Virus record (IMG/VR): IMGVR_UViG_2563366951_000003
Source of the DNA: a virus
Taxonomy: Duplodnaviria > Heunggongvirae > Uroviricota > Caudoviricetes
Length of the DNA stretch: 14,096 nucleotides
Direction: 5' to 3' (one strand)
A program made the position numbers and the translations under genes. A model generated the notes under the pieces. The model did no database searches, was not told where the DNA came from, and worked only from the letters and a program-made list of their open reading frames with translations. Of the stretch, positions 8,499 through 14,096 are shown one piece after another. Numbering within the stretch: position 1 is the first letter of the stretch; every line of letters begins with the position of its first letter.

Positions 8499-8917
8499 AA
8501 ATCAAGCATGAGCACATCGAATCAGTGTTGTTAGCCCTGGCAGCCGAAAAAGGGCAGGCGTGGGTCGCTAACGCAATTACTGAAGAATATCTGCGCCAGG
8601 GGGGCGGCGAATTGCCCCTGGTACCAGGCAAGGACTGGAACAATCAGCAGAATATCTATCATCGTTGGTTGAAAGGTGAAACGAATGCGCAAAGGGAAAA
8701 AATTCAGAAACTGATCCCTGCGGTTCTGGCAATTCTTCCTCGCGAGCTGCGTCACCGACTCTGCATCTTCGATACCCTGGAACGCCGTGCATTACTGGCG
8801 GCACAGGATGCACTGAGTACGGCAATTGATGCGCATGATGATGCAGTCCAGGCCGTTTACCGTAAAGCACATTTCAGCGGCGGCGGTTCTCCTAGCGATT
8901 CTGTCGTAGTGCATTGA
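8495..8917 (+). CDS. ydaT: YdaT, toxic protein of the RacR-controlled module (140 aa)
   Basis: 140-aa ORF translationally coupled to ydaS by a 4-nt overlap. Matches remembered YdaT. Confidence 0.85.
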   Translation: MKIKHEHIESVLLALAAEKGQAWVANAITEEYLRQGGGELPLVPGKDWNNQQNIYHRWLKGETNAQREKIQKLIPAVLAILPRELRHRLCIFDTLERRALLAAQDALSTAIDAHDDAVQAVYRKAHFSGGGSPSDSVVVH

Positions 8918-8930
8918 TTGAAATTAATCG

Positions 8931-8952
8931 TACCGAACTGTTTTGTTCGGTA
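8931..8952 (+). other. Stem-loop TACCGAAC-TGTTTT-GTTCGGTA immediately after the ydaT stop
   Basis: Read directly: 8-bp perfect stem, no clear U-tract afterwards. Lies between ydaT and the ydaU leader palindrome. Confidence 0.3.
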
Positions 8953-8961
8953 TCAGTTAAA

Positions 8962-8982
8962 TGTAACGCTGCGAGCGTTACA
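8962..8982. repeat. Perfect 21-bp palindrome TGTAACGCT-GCG-AGCGTTACA in the ydaU leader
   Basis: Read directly: 9-bp arms are exact reverse complements around a 3-bp spacer. Same core as the repeats inside ydaU. Confidence 0.8.
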
Positions 8983-8994
8983 AGGTGAAAACAA

Positions 8995-9783
8995 ATGGCT
9001 TCAAACTGGATAAAGCTCGAAGTTATTACGCCGGATAAGCCGGAAATATTCAGGCTTGCTGAGATTCTGAATATTGATCCAGATGCCGCATTAGGGAAAG
9101 TCATTCGCTTCTGGGCATGGGCGGATCAACAAATGATAGACGGTAACGCAGAGTGTAACGCTCGCGGCGTTACAAAAAGTGCAATAGATCGCATCACTTT
9201 TATGGCTGGTTTTGCTGATGCGTTAATTCAGGTTGGATGGCTGGTCGAAACTAATGGTGTGTTGTCGCTTCCTAACTTTGAGCGCCATAACGGGAAAAGC
9301 TCTAAAAAACGGGCGGTTACAAACGAGAGAGTAACAAAAATACGAGAACTGAAACGAAAAGGTAACGCTGCCAGCGTTACAAAAACGGATCAAAAAGCGT
9401 TACCAGAGGAAGAGAAAGAGGAAGATATAAATACTTATCTCCCCCTAAATCCCCCTCGCCAAAAACGAGCGTCTAAAAAATTCGAACCGGAGGCTATCGA
9501 GCTGCCTGACTGGTTGCCGGAAACACTCTGGCATGAGTGGGTTCAGTTCAGGCAGGCATTGCGAAAACCGATTCGAACGGAGCAGGGCGCTAACGGGGCG
9601 ATACGGGAGCTGGAAAAATTCCGCCAGCAGGGTTTTTCACCTGAGCAGGTGATTCGACACAGCATCGCCAATGAATACCAGGGCTTGTTCGCGCCAAAAG
9701 GTGTTCGACCTGAGACGTTACTCCGACAGGTTAACACCGTCTCGTTACCGGATAGTGCGATCCCGCCAGGCTTCAGGGGGTAA
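8995..9783 (+). CDS. ydaU: YdaU, putative replication-initiation (O-like) protein (262 aa from ATG)
   Basis: AGGTG Shine-Dalgarno 8 nt upstream of the ATG. Gene sits directly before the DnaC-like ydaV and contains multiple GTAACG palindromic repeats, as lambda O contains its ori iterons. In-frame GTG (8986) or TTG (8914) starts are possible. Confidence 0.8.
   Translation: MASNWIKLEVITPDKPEIFRLAEILNIDPDAALGKVIRFWAWADQQMIDGNAECNARGVTKSAIDRITFMAGFADALIQVGWLVETNGVLSLPNFERHNGKSSKKRAVTNERVTKIRELKRKGNAASVTKTDQKALPEEEKEEDINTYLPLNPPRQKRASKKFEPEAIELPDWLPETLWHEWVQFRQALRKPIRTEQGANGAIRELEKFRQQGFSPEQVIRHSIANEYQGLFAPKGVRPETLLRQVNTVSLPDSAIPPGFRG
9143..9174. repeat. GTAACGC half-site plus palindrome TGTAACGC-TCGCG-GCGTTACA inside ydaU
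   Basis: Read directly: half-site at 9143-9149, palindrome with 8-bp arms at 9154-9174. Confidence 0.75.
9316..9380. repeat. Degenerate GTTAC/GTAAC inverted pair (9316-9335) and palindrome GTAACGCT-GCC-AGCGTTAC (9362-9380) in an A-rich stretch of ydaU; candidate origin iterons
   Basis: Read directly. About eleven GTAACG half-sites cluster between 8960 and 9740. The arrangement resembles lambda ori iterons inside gene O. Confidence 0.6.
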
Positions 9784-9789
9784 CTGACC

Positions 9790-10536
9790 ATGAAAAATAT
9801 TGCGGCAGGCGGCATTCTTGAACGTATCCGCAGACTGGCCCCGCCACATGTAACCGCCCCATTCAAAACGGTAGCGGAGTGGCGCGAGTGGCAACTTTCC
9901 GAAGGCCAGAAACGTTGTGAGGAGATCAACCGTCAGAATCGTCAGTTGCGGGTGGAAAAAATTCTGAATCGCTCTGGCATCCAGCCATTGCACCGCAAAT
10001 GCTCGTTTTCGAATTACCAGGTGCAGAACGAAGGGCAGCGATACGCGTTGAGTCAGGCGAAATCCATCGCTGATGAACTGATGACCGGGTGTACAAATTT
10101 TGCGTTCAGCGGAAAACCTGGTACCGGAAAAAACCATCTGGCGGCGGCTATCGGGAATCGCCTGCTGAAAGATGGCCAGACAGTGATTGTGGTTACCGTG
10201 GCTGATGTCATGAGTGCCCTACACGCCAGCTATGACGACGGGCAATCAGGCGAAAAATTTTTGCGGGAACTGTGCCAAGTGGATCTGCTGGTTCTTGATG
10301 AAATTGGCATTCAGCGCGAGACAAAAAACGAGCAGGTGGTGCTGCACCAGATTGTTGATCGCCGGACAGCGTCGATGCGCAGCGTGGGGATGCTGACAAA
10401 CCTGAATTATGAGGCCATGAAAACATTGCTCGGCGAGAGGATTATGGATCGCATGACCATGAACGGCGGGCGATGGGTGAATTTTAACTGGGAGAGCTGG
10501 CGTCCGAATGTCGTCCAGCCAGGAATTGCGAAGTAA
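9790..10536 (+). CDS. ydaV: YdaV, DnaC-like AAA+ helicase-loader replication protein (248 aa)
   Basis: Walker [11 protein letters not shown] and Walker B LLVLDEIG motifs. Position is equivalent to lambda P/DnaC. Length matches remembered YdaV. Confidence 0.9.
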   Translation: MKNIAAGGILERIRRLAPPHVTAPFKTVAEWREWQLSEGQKRCEEINRQNRQLRVEKILNRSGIQPLHRKCSFSNYQVQNEGQRYALSQAKSIADELMTGCTNFAFSGKPGTGKNHLAAAIGNRLLKDGQTVIVVTVADVMSALHASYDDGQSGEKFLRELCQVDLLVLDEIGIQRETKNEQVVLHQIVDRRTASMRSVGMLTNLNYEAMKTLLGERIMDRMTMNGGRWVNFNWESWRPNVVQPGIAK

Positions 10537-10558
10537 TTTTTACCGGGAGAAAAATTTA

Positions 10559-11320
10559 ATGGAGACTGTTTTTGACGCACTGAAAGCAATGGGAAAAGCC
10601 ACATCCATAGAACTTGCTGCGCGACTTGATATCAGCCGTGAAGAAGTGCTGAACGAACTATGGGAACTGAAAAAGGCTGGTTTCGTTGATAAAAGCGCGT
10701 ACACCTGGCGTGTGGCTGATAACAACGTTCAGCAGGAACAGCCAGCGCCGGCAGAACTGCCGGAAGAAACTACCACGGCAACAGTCGCGAAAATTTCAGA
10801 GAGCGATTTAACTGCGACGATTGAACAACGTGGTCCACTAACTGCGGATGAACTGGCTACGTTGTTCGGTACCACATCCCGCAAAGTGGCTTCAACGCTG
10901 GCAATGGCAATCAGCAAAGCTCGTCTGATTCGCGTTAATCAGAACGGTAAATTTCGTTACTGCATGCCGGGCGGTAATTTACCAGCAGAGCCGAAAGCTG
11001 CATCGGTAGCGGAAACAGATGGTAAAGCCTTTCCTCAGCTAGCCGGTGTTGCGTTACCAGTACAGGAAGCTGCAACACAGGAAGATATTAAAACAGAAAC
11101 TGTGGCGGACATTGTGCAGTCGTTGCCATCGTTTACTGAAACGCAAGCGGATAACCTGATTTTACCATCGCTGCATATGGCAAACCGTGAACTGCGTCGG
11201 GCGAAAAATCATGTCCAGAAGTGGGAGCGAGTCTGCGCCGCGCTGCGGGAGCTGAACAAGCACCGGGATATTGTTCGACAGATTACTGATTCTTCCCGCC
11301 GTGTTGTATCGGAAAAGTGA
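10559..11320 (+). CDS. Uncharacterised prophage protein with winged-helix-like N-terminal region and basic/coiled-coil C-terminus (253 aa); possibly the intact counterpart of K-12 ydaW
   Basis: GGGAGA SD 8 nt before the ATG at 10559. The tracked ORF starts at 10508 inside ydaV without an SD. Two segments resemble winged-helix folds ([31 protein letters not shown] and [34 protein letters not shown]). Family assignment is from memory only. Confidence 0.7.
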   Translation: METVFDALKAMGKATSIELAARLDISREEVLNELWELKKAGFVDKSAYTWRVADNNVQQEQPAPAELPEETTTATVAKISESDLTATIEQRGPLTADELATLFGTTSRKVASTLAMAISKARLIRVNQNGKFRYCMPGGNLPAEPKAASVAETDGKAFPQLAGVALPVQEAATQEDIKTETVADIVQSLPSFTETQADNLILPSLHMANRELRRAKNHVQKWERVCAALRELNKHRDIVRQITDSSRRVVSEK

Positions 11321-11335
11321 TTGCCGGAGGCGCTT

Positions 11336-11758
11336 ATGGCAAAAGTATTTACACAAGAAGAGCGGGAAAAAATTAAAGGGCAGGTTGTTGAACTAGTACG
11401 CCGGAGTGGGCGCGAGACGTTACGGCAACTGGAAGCCAAGACAGGTGCGACAAGATATCTGATGAGCGTTCTCGCCAGAGAGCTGGTTGCCAGTGGCGAT
11501 GTATACAACTCTGGTTACGGGTTATTCCCGTCTGAACAGGCTCGTAAGGACTGGCAAAATGCCCGCAAAAAACTATCTAGGGCAAAGCTGAAGAAACCGG
11601 TTGTGGTTGATCCGGACCTTATCTGGTCATTACCTGACGGAGAAATACGTCGCTACGACAGTCGCCTAAACATAATCTGTCGCGAGTGCCGGAAGAGCGA
11701 AGTTATGCAGCGCATATTGTCGTTTTATCAGGGGGATGTTCGGTATTTATTGAAGTGA
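11336..11758 (+). CDS. Uncharacterised prophage protein (140 aa) with winged-helix-like N-terminus
   Basis: GGAGG SD 5 nt before the ATG at 11336. Follows the previous gene after a 15-nt gap. Segment ETLRQLEAKTGATRYLMSVLARELVASGDV resembles a winged-helix fold. No match to a characterised protein that I can recall. Confidence 0.65.
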   Translation: MAKVFTQEEREKIKGQVVELVRRSGRETLRQLEAKTGATRYLMSVLARELVASGDVYNSGYGLFPSEQARKDWQNARKKLSRAKLKKPVVVDPDLIWSLPDGEIRRYDSRLNIICRECRKSEVMQRILSFYQGDVRYLLK

Positions 11759-12092
11759 CGAGATTAAAGTGCATTAGTTCAGATGCAAATTGACATTTTG
11801 TGGCACAGGGTAGAGCTAGCGTGGTTGTCCGCTTTGTGCCAAGAGCAGACGCTGGTAATTCGTGCCTAATATACTTCACTTAACTTATATCCCAGCTTTG
11901 ATACAGATCATACAAATTAAATGCCCCAGTAATTGGCAGGCTGAGTAACTTAAAACTCCTTAGAATATAGGATGATTTGTATCGGCACTCATTCCACCAT
12001 GCATTCCGATTAACCCCGCATAGCCAGTTGAACTTTGCTACTCTGTGAGAGGTAGTACCTTCTATCCAGTGCGGATTTAATTAATGGAATAA

Positions 12093-14096
12093 ATGATTAT
12101 GAGTGAAAATGATACAACCCCAAAGAAGTCTACAAGCCAGATTAACAAAGCGGTATTCTTTACATCTGCTTTGCTAATTTTCCTTCTTGTCGCCTTTGCC
12201 GCCGTATTCCCGGATGTCGCCGACAAAAATTTTAAACTACTTCAGCAACAAATCTTCACGAATGCCAGCTGGTTCTACATACTTGCTGTGGCCCTGATTT
12301 TACTGAGCGTCACGTTCCTTGGACTCTCACGTTACGGTGATATAAAGCTGGGCCCAGACCATGCGCAGCCTGATTTCAGCTACCACTCCTGGTTCGCGAT
12401 GCTTTTTTCGGCAGGGATGGGGATCGGCCTGATGTTCTTTGGCGTTGCCGAACCTGTGATGCATTATCTTTCGCCACCTGTCGGCACTCCAGAGACCGTT
12501 GCGGCAGCGAAGGAAGCCATGCGCCTGACGTTCTTCCACTGGGGTCTGCACGCATGGGCAATTTATGCCATCGTGGCGCTGATTCTGGCCTTTTTCAGTT
12601 ACCGTCACGGTCTGCCTTTAACGCTGCGTTCTGCGCTCTATCCCATTATCGGCGATCGCATTTACGGGCCTATAGGCCACGCGGTTGATATCTTCGCCGT
12701 GATAGGCACTGTCTTTGGCGTTGCAACATCGCTGGGTTACGGTGTATTGCAGGTGAATGCCGGTTTGAACCATCTTTTCGGCGTGCCCATCAATGAAACG
12801 GTACAGGTCATTTTGATCGTGGTCATCACGGGGTTAGCGACGATTTCGGTGGTGTCCGGCCTGGACAAGGGAATACGCATCCTGTCTGAGCTTAATCTGG
12901 GCCTGGCGGTGTTGCTCCTGGCGCTGGTCTTGTGCCTGGGTCCCACTGTGCTTCTGCTGAAGTCATTTGTGGAAAATACGGGTGGTTATCTGTCGGAACT
13001 GGTGAGTAAAACGTTCAACCTTTACGCGTATGAACCCAAGTCGAGCAACTGGCTGGGGGGCTGGACATTATTATACTGGGGATGGTGGCTTTCATGGTCG
13101 CCGTTTGTAGGTATGTTCATTGCACGCGTTTCCCGCGGCAGGACAATTCGTGAGTTCGTGACTGGCGTGTTGTTTGTTCCCGCCGGCTTTACGCTCATGT
13201 GGATGACGGTGTTTGGAAACAGCGCCATCTATCTCATCATGAACCAGGGCGCCACTGACCTCGCCAATACCGTTCAGCAGGATGTTGCGCTTGCCCTGTT
13301 TAATTTCCTGGAGCATTTCCCGTTCTCTTCCGTGCTGTCATTCATTGCAATGGCGATGGTCATCGTCTTCTTTGTAACGTCTGCTGATTCGGGGGCAATG
13401 GTTGTGGATACTCTGGCATCAGGTGGGGTGGCAAACACGCCCGTCTGGCAGCGAATTTTCTGGGCATCGCTCATGGGCGTTGTTGCTATTGCCCTGCTGA
13501 TCGCAGGGGGGCTGAGTGCGTTGCAAACCGTAACGATAGCGAGTGCATTGCCCTTCTCAGTTATCTTATTAATATCCATATACGGACTGTTAAAAGCCCT
13601 GCGTCGGGATTTGACCAAGCGTGAAAGCCTTAGCATGGCGACTATTGCTCCTACGGCTGCACGTAACCCAATTCCCTGGCAGAGAAGGTTACGCAATATC
13701 GCGTATTTGCCGAAGCGCTCTCTTGTGAAACGTTTTATGGACGACATTATCCAACCCGCCATGACGCTGGTTCAGGAGGAACTTAACAAGCAGGGAACGA
13801 TAAGCCACATCAGTGACGCCGCCGAGGATCGTATTCGCCTTGAAGTCGATTTGGGCAACGAGCTGAATTATATATATGAAGTGAGGCTTCGCGGGTATAA
13901 CTCACCGACCTTCGCGCTCGCTGCGCTGGATAATGATGAGCAGCAGAGTGAACAACATCGATATTATCGCGCTGAAGTCTATCTCAAAGAGGGCGGCCAA
14001 AATTATGATGTAATGGGCTGGAATCAGGAACAGCTGATTAATGACATACTGGACCAGTACGAAAAACACCTGCACTTCCTGCATCTGGTTCGTTAA
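12093..14096 (+). CDS. BCCT-family transporter, BetT-like choline/betaine transporter (667 aa, complete)
   Basis: Multiple hydrophobic helices and the BCCT tryptophan-rich signature (GGWTLLYWGWWLSWSPFVGMFIARVSRGRTIREFV). Roughly 170-aa hydrophilic C-terminal extension ending ...ILDQYEKHLHFLHLVR, resembling E. coli BetT. Stop TAA at 14094-14096. ATG at 12099 is an alternative start. Confidence 0.88.
   Translation: MIMSENDTTPKKSTSQINKAVFFTSALLIFLLVAFAAVFPDVADKNFKLLQQQIFTNASWFYILAVALILLSVTFLGLSRYGDIKLGPDHAQPDFSYHSWFAMLFSAGMGIGLMFFGVAEPVMHYLSPPVGTPETVAAAKEAMRLTFFHWGLHAWAIYAIVALILAFFSYRHGLPLTLRSALYPIIGDRIYGPIGHAVDIFAVIGTVFGVATSLGYGVLQVNAGLNHLFGVPINETVQVILIVVITGLATISVVSGLDKGIRILSELNLGLAVLLLALVLCLGPTVLLLKSFVENTGGYLSELVSKTFNLYAYEPKSSNWLGGWTLLYWGWWLSWSPFVGMFIARVSRGRTIREFVTGVLFVPAGFTLMWMTVFGNSAIYLIMNQGATDLANTVQQDVALALFNFLEHFPFSSVLSFIAMAMVIVFFVTSADSGAMVVDTLASGGVANTPVWQRIFWASLMGVVAIALLIAGGLSALQTVTIASALPFSVILLISIYGLLKALRRDLTKRESLSMATIAPTAARNPIPWQRRLRNIAYLPKRSLVKRFMDDIIQPAMTLVQEELNKQGTISHISDAAEDRIRLEVDLGNELNYIYEVRLRGYNSPTFALAALDNDEQQSEQHRYYRAEVYLKEGGQNYDVMGWNQEQLINDILDQYEKHLHFLHLVR

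Noticed and set aside
9543-10137. Minus-strand ORFs of 128 and 130 aa antisense to ydaU and ydaV
   Set aside because: Antisense to two well-supported replication genes; no start signals.
11759-12092. Possible small protein or tRNA in the AT-rich gap before the transporter
   Set aside because: The only ORF (27 codons from ATG near 11783) has no ribosome-binding site, and no tRNA-like T-arm or cloverleaf could be found. The inverted repeat TGGCACA ... TGTGCCA near 11800-11840 is noted, but an sRNA or att site cannot be established from sequence alone.
12327-13762. Minus-strand ORFs of 61-162 aa inside the BCCT transporter gene
   Set aside because: Antisense to a transporter ORF with clear family signatures; these are frame artefacts.
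1-14096. CRISPR arrays, IS elements, rRNA or tRNA genes
   Set aside because: No regularly spaced direct repeats, no transposase-like ORFs with terminal inverted repeats, and no rRNA or tRNA signatures were seen anywhere in the window.

Overview
This window reads as the left arm of a Rac-type lambdoid prophage of the kind found in Escherichia coli; identification is from reading the translations and recalling the K-12 Rac proteins, not from any search. From the left edge, a leftward (minus-strand) early operon ends in integrase: kilR, ydaE, racC, recE, recT, ralR, rcbA, xisR, intR. sieB lies on the plus strand, followed by two small minus-strand genes (ydaG, ydaF) and an immunity-like switch: the repressor racR divergent from ydaS-ydaT. 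Next come a replication module (ydaU, then the DnaC-like ydaV), two uncharacterised proteins with winged-helix-like N-termini, an AT-rich 334-bp gap, and a complete BetT-like BCCT transporter where K-12 Rac carries trkG. Non-coding signals include GTAACG-based palindromes in and before ydaU (candidate origin iterons), ATGTACT heptamers flanking racR (candidate operators), and several stem-loops. No tRNA, rRNA, CRISPR array or IS element was found. Nothing here is clearly a new system; the best candidates for undescribed biology are the two unknown proteins at 10559-11758 and the transporter junction.
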